Shown: positions 25,471 through 39,300 of the stretch, piece after piece | How positions within the stretch are numbered: position 1 is the first letter of the stretch | How the letters are laid out: each line of letters starts with the position of its first letter | NCBI GenBank assembly: GCA_977016875.1 | Contig: CDRNST010000049.1 | Location: forward strand, 3,224,001-3,288,000 | DNA: 64,000 bases | Direction of reading: 5' to 3' | Origin: Pavona decussata | Lineage: Eukaryota | Notes under the pieces: model-generated | Seen by the model: only the letters and a program-made list of their open reading frames with translations | Databases searched by the model: none | Told to the model about the DNA's origin: nothing | Position numbers and translations under genes: made by a program

Positions 25471-25954
25471 ATAGAATATCTTCAATTTCGGTTTAAAACG
25501 GAAGTCAAATGCCTCAAAATGGCAGCCTGGGCCTGAAAGTTTTATCGGGCCTTGAAAGTGTTCGAGAAAGCAAAGTTGATTCTAACACGCGATCAAAGGA
25601 ACTGGATTTTTTCCCCGTAACTGACCGGATCAAAGCAACTGGATTTTTTCCTGTAAGAGCGAGCGAAAGGTGGACTTATTCAAAATTGCTACAACAGACA
25701 AGTAACATATTTCTTTTTTACTGTTTATACTTACAAATAAAAAGAAACCATCACTTCTACTCCCACTGAACTGAGCAGCTCGGACTGTGTGTTGAATTTA
25801 TGTTCAAATTACCTTCCCCCTTCCCTTTACAGTTACGTCTCATTAATTGCTTTTAAATCACCTCTTAATATTCACTGTTATAAAGCTTTTTTTGTCTCAA
25901 AAATTTTTAATTTTAATAGACTGAATTGTGTGCCCGCTTTTCTTAAAGTGAATA

Positions 25955-26212
25955 CAGCTGTTTCGACAAAGGTTGCCCAAAAAAGCGTAAAAGCGTACGC
26001 GAGAATGCCGAAAGGTACTCTGGGAGACACCCAAAAAATTTCAGTAAAAGCTCAGAATCCATAATCCCCCGACCGTACAGCGAAGACTTGAGATGGCGGG
26101 CAATAAGGATTCTGAGCTTTTATTGAAATTTATTGGGTATTTCCCAGATATCTTTCGGCATTGTCGCGTACGCTTTTACGCTTTTTTTGGACAACCTTTG
26201 TCGAAACAGCTG
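25955..26212. mobile_element. Tc1/mariner-type foldback MITE, TA TSD
   Basis: CAGCTGTTTCGACAAAGGTTG..AAAAAAGCGTAAAAGCGTACGCGA..ATGCCGAAAG is mirrored almost perfectly at the right end, with ~110-bp arms. Confidence 0.9.
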
Positions 26213-26524
26213 TATAAGAATGTCATATCTGTTCAAATGCAAGCTAGTACAATTTCAACATCAGCATATTTAATACATCTATCATGCATTCTATAGCAGC
26301 CTTGAAGTTTTTCTTTCTGAATAGACATTCCTTTTGTCTAGCTTTTGGCAAAACAGATAGAGAGCTCAAGTGCTCACATCTTGCATGCTTTTAGTGCTGT
26401 AGAGTTGCTCCCAGGTATACTATACATCCTAGAAATAAAATGAAGTAGTATAAAAGTGTTTGAAATGCATTCCAATGCATGTTTAGTTTATTCAATTTAA
26501 ATCCCAATGTGGCTAGTATAATAA

Positions 26525-26525
<1 letters not shown>

Positions 26526-26560
<35 letters not shown>

Positions 26561-26607
26561 GTCATTATTATTATTATCATTATCATCATTATTATTATTA
26601 TTATTAT
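26526..26607. repeat. (ATT/ATC)n microsatellite
   Basis: Read directly; source of the poly-Ile ORF. Confidence 0.93.
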
Positions 26608-26653
26608 AGTTCTTTTTTGTACTTTTAACTTGTAAATATCGATTTTGCTCGGA

Positions 26654-26782
26654 NNNNNNNNNNNNNNNNNNNNNNNNNNNNNNNNNNNNNNNNNNNNNNN
26701 NNNNNNNNNNNNNNNNNNNNNNNNNNNNNNNNNNNNNNNNNNNNNNNNNNNNNNNNNNNNNNNNNNNNNNNNNNNNNNNNNN
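26654..26782. other. Assembly gap (N run); further gaps at 39506-39699 and 49123-49275
   Basis: Runs of n. Confidence 1.
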
Positions 26783-27310
26783 GCACAGAGATTGGATAAT
26801 TGTGACAACAGGCTATCAAAATAAGGACAATGAGTTGTGTTGAGGTTTGTTAACTACTCTGCCGCCTAACCACGGAGTATTTATATGAGAACTGTATGGT
26901 GAGTGGTAATCACCTCTCATCAGTTAATTGGTTATATCATGTGATTCTTGAGAGACTTTTGATATCCTGATATTTCATTTGCTTAGTCAGTCAATTTCTT
27001 TTCTGGCATATATAATTTCATTAGTCTGTTCTTGAACAAATAACTCACCAAAATTTTAAGCCGTCGACAATTTATCAACTTTTGTTGTTAACGATCTTTA
27101 TCGACTTCATTTCACTGACCCGCTGAACCCGTATAATAAATATCACATCAAGATGTCAATCTTCTTTAGCGGCTTTTACAGGGTTTACAGTGACTTCAAT
27201 TCCCTTCCAAGAATTGCTTCTACAGTACACTGTAGTTGACCTCATAAGCAATGGTATCATTGCGGACATAAAAAAGGAAAAAGCAAAACAGGTAGAGTAC
27301 AGAATGTAGT

Positions 27311-30300
27311 TTAATAATAGAGGTAGTATAGTGCTAATATAACAGATTGAATGTGTAATAACATAGCAGTCCAGGCCTGATACGAAATACTGCCTCGTGA
27401 CATCGAAGGGGTTGATTTTTGCGCCACCGGAGAATCAGTGGTCTCATTACGTTCACCTTCCGGCTGAGATTTTGTAGTAAAGTATTCTGTAAGACAAAGG
27501 AAATGAAAAAAGTTATATTGAAGCTTTGGCGATGGTAACATGGGAATACATACCCTTTTGAAAGCAAAAGCAGTAATTGGTTATTTGTACGATAGGGGTG
27601 GGGGCACTGTGGGGGGTGGTGAAGGAAGGGTCTGGGACTGAGATGTGCTGCTCGCACTACTTGCAAGGCTGTAGTCTACTCATGCTGTGATCTGCGAAGT
27701 TTCAAAGAAAAATACTCATTTCCTTTATTCCCCCACAGGGGCTTGGCCTCTGTAGGCATCCTTGTAGCTCGAGCGTAATTATAAAACCACTTGCAGTTGA
27801 AATATACATTCACAAATCACTCGTAAAAAACACATTTGCGATTCACGATCACCCGCAACAAAAAACCATAGGAAAAATTCTGCAATCGGAGGCTTGGATA
27901 GTTCTAGACTAGTATCAAATTGCTTCTATCCTTATTTATATTTTTGTTGTACGAAACTCCCGCAAACATGTAGGATCAGATGGGATTCACTCAGGAAGTG
28001 CTCCCATCGTGGCACTGTAGCTTAGGTGGAAGAGCTGTGGATTACTAAAGCCGGCGACACACTTGGCGATTTGTCAGATATTGGCGCTATAATTCGTCGG
28101 CATTCGCCAAGTGTGCCCGTTCCCGCGATTTTCTACGCTCGTCGCTGCGAATCGTCAGTAAAGTGAACCAATCAGGTAGGGCGATTTTGACACATGACTT
28201 TTCAAAACGCCCCTCAATGGAGCCCGGGAACAAAGTTAAAGTGCCACATCGCCGCGATCGGTAAAAAAAAATCGCCAAGGGTGTCCCTATTAATCGGTGG
28301 AAAAAATCGGCGCTTATTGTGGACGCTTATTCGAGGGTGGGTGCTTATTATTTTCCTAATATTTTCAGCGAGTGAGGACATTTTTAAAGAATAACAAGTT
28401 CATTTCACTTCGACAAGACAAAATAAAGTGTAAAAGCTAACACGAACAAGCCATAAACAGTATAAAAGTTCATTGACTACCGGGGGCTATTTTGGAACAC
28501 AGCTGACGCTGACGCCCCTCTTACTTCACGCTGGGCTATTAGAGATGATTATTTTTGTTGGGAGTGGGTGAGGGTGGACGCTTATTAAGTTTTTGCACTT
28601 TCATGGTGGTCGGTTATTCGAAGGTGGGGGGTTATTATCACAACTACTGTTCAAACTCACCGTGTTTTGGTAATACCACTAGGCTCCTTGTGACTGCAGT
28701 ACTTGCTGGTCCCGTTGTGACAGTAAAGGTATAGTCTCCGGTGTCTGAAGCCTTTAGATTTTTTATGATCAAAACAGTCAACCAGTCCTCGTCTTTACTC
28801 AGCGTCGTGTGCAGTAAAACACGCCCATAACGAGAGGGGCTTAGCAGCTCCTTTCCTTTTCGCCATTCCATGTTTTCAAGCTGAAGGAATCCAGAGAGTT
28901 TCAATTACAATAGACCTTATTTGCTCCTTATCATAACTGCCCACGACAAACCAGGTGATGTTTTCAGGAGAATCGATCATATCTCTTTTTGGAAGTAAAG
29001 AATGCATGCCAGCGTGAATATGACATTTTAAAAGAGACTTTCCCCTATAGTACCCGCACATGATCTGTAATTGGGCACCAAAACAACGAAGCGAATAAGG
29101 TCTATTGCGCTGCAAAAATGTTTCTAGCATTTGTATAGCCACCGGATCACGCGAATTTCACAAATTTACTTTGACTGATGTCTACACACGTTACCAGACT
29201 TGCCGCCCTTATCAGCTCATTACACATAATTTTACCTATATTTCTTGAGTGTTGTGAAATGCCTTTCGTGTTTCAAACAATGACAGATATGCCGTGGCTG
29301 CTACACCAATCTAAACTCAGGAATTGTATTATCCAGTGATCCAGTGTTTTAAAAATAGTTTTAACCCTTGATTAAAATGTTTAAGTGTTTTTTAAGATTT
29401 TCCTATTTTTGACGTCATAAGCACGTAGATTTATTCATTTTCTTCAATTATAGCAGTTCTATTACTTTCAAAAACAGGCTTAAAATATACCATCACATTT
29501 ACTCCATTGCATGTATGCCAATCATTGACATTGAAAACCCAGCAGTATGCAGGATGTTTTTCCCATGAAGTCAACCTAGTTCAATGCCCTTAGCTCCCAC
29601 GAGTCTCCTATAGCTTAGTGGTAGAGCATATGTCCGAACTCTTAATCGGAAGATCTACAGGTTCGACTCCTGATAGGAGCACTCGGATTTCCTTTTTCCG
29701 AATATACCAGTGTCACTTTGAATAATACATCATTCTCACAACCCATGATATTTGGCCAGTCACATGATCAGAACAGAAAAAGGCGTAAACTCAAAACGAC
29801 ATACACGTGTGAAAATTGAAATCAGTGCCGATGGTCAAAGATCGCTGAGGTGCAAAACGTGACATGTTGCTTTTTCGAAATTTGAATTGTAATAGAGGTT
29901 ATGACGTCATAACACGTATATTTATCCATTTGCTTTAGTAGCCGTTCTATTACTTACAAAAAACAGTAAATTCTTACGGTTATAATGAAGGCAAGAAGAG
30001 AAAAATGGAAACTCCACCCCTTTTCTCCCAGCTTAAGAGATTTTTCTTTCTGCCGCGCGTTTGCGAACTGGCACTAGTTCTATGCGTGTAATGAAGAGTT
30101 TTAAAATTCATCTTCTTCACCATCATACATTTCACAAATAATATAATAATATAATAATAATAATAATAACAATCTTTATACAGGGAGCCCACATCACGAA
30201 AGTGATATTCAGTGGGGCCCTGTAGATTGAGAAATGATTTAACACTTACAATTATTTTAAAAATTACAATTATTTAAAAGTAGAAAATACAAAGTCGGCG

Positions 30301-33300
30301 GTAAGAAATAAAAATAAGAAATAATAATTAAAAACTAGCTAAAAACGCGCTCTTTGATACGTTGCTTAAAAATTAAAAACGATTTTATGTCTTTGAAAGA
30401 CTGTTCTAAAAGGTTCCATTCCTTAATACCCTGGTAAAGGAGTGTCTTCTTTCCGTAGTTAGTTCGTACTCGTGGAAGACGGAAATCATTCTTTCTCCGG
30501 GTATTATAGATATTATAAATAACACACTACAAAACACTTCAAAACCGAGCATCACAAAATACCGTCCCTAAAGTTCCCTAGCAACAGTTCTTATTCTGTA
30601 GTTAAAGATTGCCACGGCTCGTTTTCAGGCCTAAACGCGCTTATCGAGAAAACCCTGCTTCTTGTCCGAGGCTTGGGCCCAAATGCGATTCCAGATCATC
30701 TCAACGGGTGACGCCACATCTCATTGCGCGCGGCTTAGGACTGGGGACTAGGGTTCACAAAATACACAAACGCTTAACTGATAAAGTTCATCACTGACCT
30801 CTGGCTTTGGAGTACCACCTTTGACCGTTACATTTATGTTGATTTCATCAAAACCTTCGTATGCTCTCATGTAGACGGCGTGTGGCTCTACCACCAACCT
30901 TGGAGAAACTGAACGAAAACAAAAGAAAATAGACGAAAAATTACAACTGGTGCTTAGATTATAATTGTCCTTCTTGTCCAGTACTGGTGCTAACATTTTG
31001 GTTTTGGTCAGAAACAAAATCTCTTGCGCTTTGTACCTATCTATGAAAAGACTCTTCCTTAGAGGGGAATAGGACAAAATACAACTTTGCGAGTGTACGC
31101 ATTGGCTTTGTTGTCTATAGCATGAAGTATTTCTAACTCCCAGTACAGATTTGGGTCAAACCTTTGAACTATGACCAATCCGCGGGATGAAGATATTGTC
31201 ATGATTGGTGGGTGTGAATGCCGATTACTTCTTGTTAATTGGGATTTGGTTAATAACCGTGATTTGGAACTGTGATATTTCTCCGTCTCTTATCAACACA
31301 CCAAGCAGATGGCCGAGGGGATCGTTGGTAATGAGGACGTCAAACAAGGAAGAATGTAATTCTGAAAATTCAACGAAGCGGCGTAATTTTGTATCAAACA
31401 ATGTCTTTTCTTAGAAAGGTGAAATACCCACTTTATTATTCGTGAAATGTAAAAGGAGGATTTCTAGCGATATGCGATGAAGACCCCCTCCCCTCCCCCT
31501 AGACCTTTACCGCCTTAATAAACCCGGCAAGAAATTTAATGAGGTTTTTGAGCTCTACCACCACGACTATAGGTAAAGGAAAGAGCAAAAACTCGGTTTG
31601 TATGAAAGTGGAAGTTACTTGCGATCTTAAGGACGGTGCCTACGTTCTGCTCATCTCGGGAATGGTCCGAAAAACTTGGGTTTTTTTAATGACGGTGTCT
31701 ATTAATACGAAGGTATTTTTGCGCGGCTTATTACTATGCGGGAAAAGCACGGTTCATCAAGGGGTATGAGAATATGAACAGAAAATTGGTGGTAACTAGG
31801 GTTTTTTCATGGCTTCAATTTTGTCCCATGCATTGTTTCCATTTTAAGATTTTATAATTAATAATGCTCAAATATCTCTGAAATATGCGTAGTTACCTTC
31901 AGTTTTCTTTTGGATTCAAATCTTCTTCACCCTCCCCCTAAACTGCGCAAAAATATCTCTAGATGAGGAGGCACCATCCTAGTTAACTTCGAATTCCATA
32001 ACATTTTTAAACTGTCATGAAGATGATACTTACTCACAACTTTAACTTCCACTATTTCTTCAAACTGACAGTACTTTCCTACTGCTACAATGCGGTACGC
32101 TCCAGCTGTGTCAAACGAGATTCGCGCCAACTTTAGCTTCTTTCGAAATGACGAGGCTCCATATTTCTCGCCTTGAAAAACCAGTAAAAGAAATGTAGCT
32201 ACTTTGACTTTGAGCTTTAAACTACAACAATAATTGCCGACACCCTAACGAGTCCTATTAGTCAGTTATTTTGGATGGTTTTGCTGATAACTGAAGCAAA
32301 TGAAAAAGATTGATATGTCAGTAATTATAACCCTATGAAATGAGAAATTCACTCTGATCTTAAATTAATGGCACTTCTTATTCAAAACTTTGCAGATGCA
32401 TAATATACGATCGATACACTATTTTTGCGTTATTTTGAGCCATGCTTTTACTGGCGAAAACGTTTCGATGCATTCACACAGTTCTGGCTTTGACATATAG
32501 ACAAACAGGACAATGATAGTGTGAGAAATTTTGAACTTGTTTTATGATGTGAACTCGTAGTGCAGTGCCTAAAAAGAAGTGAGTACCAGGGCTCACTTGT
32601 TCGAAGAACGATTAACCTAGCCCAAGGTTAGGGTGAACTTCGATTCCAGTTTAATTACTAATCAATAAATTCAGTTTAGCTTAGAGTTAGCTTTAGAAAC
32701 ATTTCCAACGAGTGAAGCGTGACCCTCGTTTAACTTTTAAGCCTGGATTAGCGTCAGTGGGTTTTCGAGCAACCGGGTCCTCGACTGAACACATTCTACG
32801 TGAAAGAGAATATGTGTGAACTGTGGATGGATTATTAGTACATGTAAAACCATGGGAGTCATTCGTCGGAACGCAACCTTTGCAGCTGGGAAAAAGAAAG
32901 CCGCAAACATCCAGGCTTGAATGGGATTCGAATCCACCAACCTTCGATTGCTGGCGTAATGCTCTACAATTTCTCAAATGTCCCGATAAGCAATCGAGCC
33001 TAAAAATTATTTTAAGCTCCCTGGAAAGGTAGTCAGCGGTGAATCAATCTTTATTGGGTTTGAAAGCTTAGTTTTAGTTTCAAATTATTTACAATTTCAT
33101 GTAACACCTTGAGCAGGTGTTCACTGAAAATTACCATTTATCGATAAAAAGCGGATTTGAATACAAATGTACATACCGAGCCTGGAAAGTAAAGGAACTT
33201 TCGAGAGACTGGCCCCTGGTCGGTTTGTGAGTTATGGTGTTTCGTGATTCCGGTTCAATAAATCCTTATTTTTTTCCAGAGAAAAAGACTTTCAGCGATG

Positions 33301-36300
33301 TCTAAGTCCAGCATGGTAACCAAACAAATCCAGTGTGTTGTATTAAACAACTGATGAATCGAACTGTTCATTTTGATTAATTGGACCTTGATTAATAATA
33401 CAGTACAATAACCTCAATATAGTACTCTACCAGGAAATGCAAATCCCTCAGTATTTCTTTCAATCTGTGTCCCATTGTGATACCAGTCAACTCTAATCAG
33501 TGTTTTTTCATTCTTAATTTTCACTTCTAACAAGTCGCTGACGTCCTTGGTAGCCAAATGAGGGGACTGGGTCACCCACGTGATCACTGGTACATCTGAA
33601 ACGGTTTTTACAAGACGTCAATGTATGGGTATTTACACGGAACGGTATTGGAACCATGAGTGATATTGGATCTAAATTCATAAATAAGGAACGGTGTAGA
33701 AGGGGAACATAGGTGCATGTCCTTTAGTAAGCGTTCCAGGAAATACTTTCTTCCCACTAGTCACAATAGACCATATTCTTATTTTTTTTGGTATATTGTA
33801 CTGGATCTAGCTTGCAATGGAGGATCTTGTGGGGATTTATATTTTGGAAAAAAGTATTTGTATGTGAAAAGATTCTCTCCGCGTGTGCAAGCTGGTTTAA
33901 GTTCAATGTCGAAACCAATACAGTCTATTCAAATCGTAGACTGTGTAGGGAAATTGTGAGAAACGTTTTGTCATAAACGAAGGGGTCAATTTGAAAATCT
34001 ATTCACGACACCCCTGTCCTAACTGCGGTTGAGTACCTTCAGCTGGCGCGGGGAGAGTTAACGTAAGAATACAGCTATTTCAATTGGCGTTGACGGATGT
34101 GAAGGAAATTTGGTTTGACGGGGTCAAAGAAAAATCTTCGAAGTTGGCGGGATTTGAACCCACGACCTCTGGAGTAGATCACCAGCGCTCTAACCTGAAA
34201 CTGAGCTCTAACCTTCATTACCACGACCAGCTCTCAGCTGACCTCGTAGCTCAGTGTGCTACTTATATGTTCGTGTCTTCTCGATATTATTAATTTAATT
34301 GTGAATCTTTCAGTCCTTCTCCAAGAGAATAATGGCAAGTCATTTGTATGATAAGTTGACACATCCAACAGTAGTGTATTTTCTTTGTTTTGGACTGAAA
34401 CAAGCACTCCTTTAATACTACGTCTGGGTGGTTGATTCTTTGCCAAGTTCGTTTCATGCTTGAAAAGCACGCACAAAAATAACGCGGAAAATTATGGGGT
34501 GCTATCTAAAGTAAAATCATATTACCTTCAGTGACTATAATCCGGGACGTGCCTCTGGCCAAACCGAATGGATTTCTGACATCCACTTCATATCGCTCTC
34601 CTGTCTGTTGCAGGGTGGGCTGTGGCAGTCTCAGGATGGCAGAGTTTTGGGTAATCAGCGTTCGTGGTTTCCAGCTCCAGTCATTCACAATATACCAGTT
34701 GACGCTCCAAGCGTTTGGGTCCCGAATGTTGTCGTCGTGCAAGGTTACATTTACTTCTGCGGGTGCTTTTACGCATGCACCGAACGATTCAGGAAGTGAA
34801 ATGCGAGGTTCTTCTAAAATGGGTTGTTGGAATACAAATATATTCAAATTCAGTATCTTTTCTTGCCGGTAAAAAAAAAAATGTGCAATACAAGGCAAAG
34901 AGATCAACACGATAATTAGAAATAGTAGTAGAATTCGACCTCTCTCCCATTACAGGGATTCTATTTATTTTTGCTCTTAAAGTTAAAACTTTGGAATTCA
35001 TTCTGAACTGAACTGAACTGAACTGAACTTTATTTAACGTGGAAACATGCGCTTAGTTATATGGTTTAGTCAGAAACTACACCAGCTATTTTACAGGTAT
35101 GCCACGATAAAAATGAATAAATGAATGAATAAATAGATAAAATAAATGATATTCTCATTTATGCCCATCATCGTTGTGATCAAAGAACTCAAGGATTCCA
35201 AGTAGATTGTTTTGTTTTGATTATGGTTTTTTTTTTGTTTGTTTGTTTGTTTGTTTTTGGTTTTTTTTTTTTTTCGTATGTTTGCAAATGCAAACATTCT
35301 TTATCTCCAGAGCTTCCAATAAAATGTTTTGTTCTTTAGATTCACCGAGCTTGTGGACGAATTCTGACAGAAGGGGGCAAAGGCAATTGTTTGTAATGTT
35401 GATGATCATCAAGCTGGACAAGAGAGATTGCAATACATCAGATCATCTGTCAGTTGTACATGTGCGGCAAAAATATTCCCTGAGGGTCAGGGCATTTGCA
35501 TTTCTCTCTTCTAGTTTTATCATCTTCCAAGAATTTCAGTTAGTATACGATACCTCCAAAGATGATTATAGCATCGATTTGATAGGCAGGTCAAGAGGTT
35601 ATGACGAAAACTATCTAGATGTTGCACGTTTACAGCAATTCAAATTGTCTGCCAAAACTCGTTAATCTGTCCCATCACCCACCTTCATGTCGCAGCTCTA
35701 TAATCTTCTCGCTCCAGGCACCAGTTTTCACATCTTTGACTGTCACTCTGTAAGTTCCCAAATCCTCGGTAGTCATTTTCTCGATCTCTAGCACGTGTGA
35801 TGCCGAGAAATAATCCCCAAAGTAGGCCTTTTCGTAGGCGCGATATCGCCCTCGAGCTCGAAAAAAATTAACGTGGTCATTGTCCCCTTCCGTCTCCAGA
35901 GTAAATAACAGCGATGTTTCTCGATCAGGATCGTTCACTTTGTATTTAAACAACGTGGTCCAACTGTTTTTAGTATGACGTTTTAGCTTGTACCAGGCAA
36001 TCTCATAGGTGTGAAATTTCGCTGGATGAATGAAAGGATTCAAAAAAGAAGAGTAAAGTTTTGCCTTCAATCAAATGTTTCCAGCCAACAAAGTTGAGCG
36101 AAAACATTTAGCAATATAGGCCTAGGATATCATTGCACTTGGTGGTCATAACGTGGGTGTTTTACAAAAACGCGCCCGGATCACCAGTCTTTCAAAGTCT
36201 TTATATACTATTTGTGCCGCTGGTGTATATATAAGGTTTGGCACGTACTTTAATGCATAAAGAATTCAGAATTAACAACACCTGAAATAAAAACCTCGCC

Positions 36301-39300
36301 ACCATTTTATGTACTTAAAGACCTCTCAAAGGATGCCTTGACAATTATTTTACCCTCATCAGAAAGGATAATGTCGGCAAAGAAAAATTAGGGGGCTAGC
36401 CAGATTTTGGGCAATGACTTAGGTATGAAATACGTGTTCATCACTTACGACTGAGTTTTGTGAATATTTTTGTCTAGATGAAACATTTCTGTTGTGATAT
36501 TTCCAAACATTGATGACCTCACAAAAATTGTCTTAGTCTAGCCTAGTATAGTGCCTCTCGATTCTTGACTCAGCTTCTATGCGATTGAACAGGTAGGAAG
36601 CCAAGCACATTCCTTCAAGGAGCTCTCGTCAAATGTTTCAAATGAAACCTCTCTGTCTGTCGGTCTGTCTGTCTGTCTGTCTATCTCAGTCTCTGTTTCT
36701 GTCCAAACAAAAGTAGAGGGCAGTTGTCAATTGACTCTGTCCTGTTACTGTCCCTGCTACACCCTTCCTCTTTCCTTGCACCTGTCTTGCATGCGTTGAT
36801 TTTTATATCATTTTTTTTTTAATTGGTTACCTTCTGTGGCGATACAATAAATAACTAAATAATATATAATTAAAGTGTTCTTCCAAAATGCAAATTTCTA
36901 ATCATGCAAACAATCAATATAGACAATATAGAAGAAACTGATCAACTTAGCCCTCTCACTTCCACAACTACATTTTGAGTCTGTGGATCAAATCCTACGG
37001 TGTATCCATTAAGATGAAAGCTCCTAGGTAATTTTAATTTTAATTACAAACAAAGAAGTTTCGGAAATTTATCTCGATCGTATACTCTCAATGGATGCCC
37101 ATTAAAAACTTTATTTCTTTCTCTTGAGTAAGCCATGAATGGCTTGCTCAAGAAGATGGAATCATCTTTTTTGACAAAATAGCTTTTCGTTAAGCATTAA
37201 ACATTGTGACTTACTTGCTCCCTTGATGAAATACGGAAAGTTCCATTCCCGATGATTTTTTTCAGGCTTTTTATTAGGATCGTTCATCTTGTAAACGTTG
37301 CCAGGTAGATCATGCGAAGAATAACATCGCTCTTCCCACAAAACAAAGTGATCAAATCCTTTTTGCAGAACCAGTCTGCCACAACTTGCCAACTGCTCGA
37401 AGAATTTTTTTCCTCTTGGTACACGCCCCAAATAGGAAAGGCTCCACCCGCGGTCATCAATATAGTTCCTCGGATTTGCTACAGTGAAGTATGCTGTGTT
37501 TGTAGAGAAAATATAGCATGATTATTCTTAGCGGTCCATAAAATGTGGATGGCAGTGTACATGTACATTTCTTTGAACTTTGGAGTCCAACCTCTTTGAA
37601 GGCTGGCTGCACTGTAAGTTTCTAGGCCGGTAACTTCTACTTGTTCGCTTGTTCGTGTCAATAAAGTTTGAACAAGTTTTCCTTCATGACTCGTCCTTGA
37701 CAATTTATATTTGTTGTGTGACTAAGCCTTCTTGTGAAAGCATAATAATCTTGTATAAGGCAAGATTTTGTTGACAAATTTGGACAAGGATGGACACATT
37801 TTATGGAATGAATTATTCTTGCTGGTGCAAACGACTTGCTCGCCTAATAAGTCTTGTTACTTGTTGAATGGTGACTGAAACAGTCTTTTGCACACCAGCT
37901 TGTACAATTATCTGTACTTCTAACATAACGTACAAAATTACTGAATGCTGATTGATCAAGACAGAGGGCATTGGTATTCTTTTTACCGAGCGCAGAATTG
38001 CTCGCGTCCATTTAGACGAGCGGCAAAAATACTAGCTCCTGATTGGCATTTGGTTGATTAGGCCTGTTCCAAACGTCTGCTACTGCCGTGCCGCACTTAA
38101 ATCAATTTGACACGGCAGTAGCACGACAGTGGTTTCAAACGTCGAATTTAATTCAGTCGCGCCAAATTCTAAAACATAGGCAAAATATATTAAAATAATT
38201 TATGAATTTAGTTCGGCACGGCAATAGCACGCCGTTTGGAACAGGCCTAATCAACCTAAATAGAAATGTCCTTTTATACACTTACGAATTCCCGTAACAA
38301 TAACTCCTATAGATGCCACTGAACCGCTTGCATAAACTACTGCAGGCTTTCCCCATACCGGCATTCCACCATCAATAGACTGATCTACTCGTTGTTGAAC
38401 TATGATTTGAGGGGTCTCTATAAGAATGGGAAGCAAATCAATCAATTAATCAAATAAGAGGGCAATACAGGCGGGAGAGGAACTGAATTAATTGATAAAT
38501 TTAGTTAGGAAGGCAGCCATGCAGTCTGCCAGTCAGAGTCAGTCAATCAGTCAATCAGTCAGTCAAGTAAGTCAGTCAGTACATTAAAAATCGAACCGTA
38601 ATCTATCAGTTGATGTAACGTTCAGAGAAATCAGATGAACGTTCCATGATAGAGATAGAATTTGCGGTCACCAGAAATACAATAACATAAACATAGACCT
38701 TCCTTCCGCAAACGATTCTGTTTTGACTTCTTTCTGGACCACATTTAAGGTTTAACGTTTGGTTTTCTGCTACTATGGAATAAGGTATGTTTTTGTTTAA
38801 AACAAATCATTTACTTTAAGTTTTACACTTTCGGGCACAGTGCTAGATTAATGATCTTACCAAAGAGAGTGTGCCACATCGGCTCAGCATAATATGACAT
38901 AGAAGATTGCCATTCTGGAGTGTCTATTCCTGATAACAAGTACAACAATGTAGCATATTGATAAGAAGAACGTATCTCATAATAGCATTCTGGCTACAAA
39001 CATTACAATACAATACGGCAATACACCGTTATTACCTTATTTTGAAAGCCCGTGGTTTCAACTTAATCCTTTAAGTTCCAATTATTTTTTTAATCATAAC
39101 TAAACAAAATTCTCGAATCTGATTGGCTATCAGCAGCCATGATTTGAACATTAGTAGGGCAGAGTACGCATCATGCCTGGTGTAATTGGACAGTACGCGT
39201 CATTTGCGCGCGCTGTAATTAAATCGATCTCGAAAACTTTTAAGTTTTTTAACTTTTAAGTTAAAACTCAACTATTAATCCATCAAAAAGTTAAACTGTT

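Noticed and set aside
26497-26819. ORFs spanning N runs (also 39408-39930 and 48976-49392)
   Set aside because: Their lengths are artefacts of assembly gaps and microsatellites.
28876-29142. SPENITWFVV as an extra Ig exon
   Set aside because: The neighbouring exons already join in frame (KPE|LENMEWRK) to complete the domain, and no suitable splice sites bound this segment.
29605-29679. Functional tRNA gene
   Set aside because: The anticodon arm is irregular, extra bases follow the D arm, and it continues into a repeat-family tail; it is better explained as a tRNA-derived repeat.
35207-35665. 152-aa plus-strand ORF with a hydrophobic start
   Set aside because: The hydrophobic part is translated T-rich low-complexity sequence; it is intronic and antisense, with no domain.
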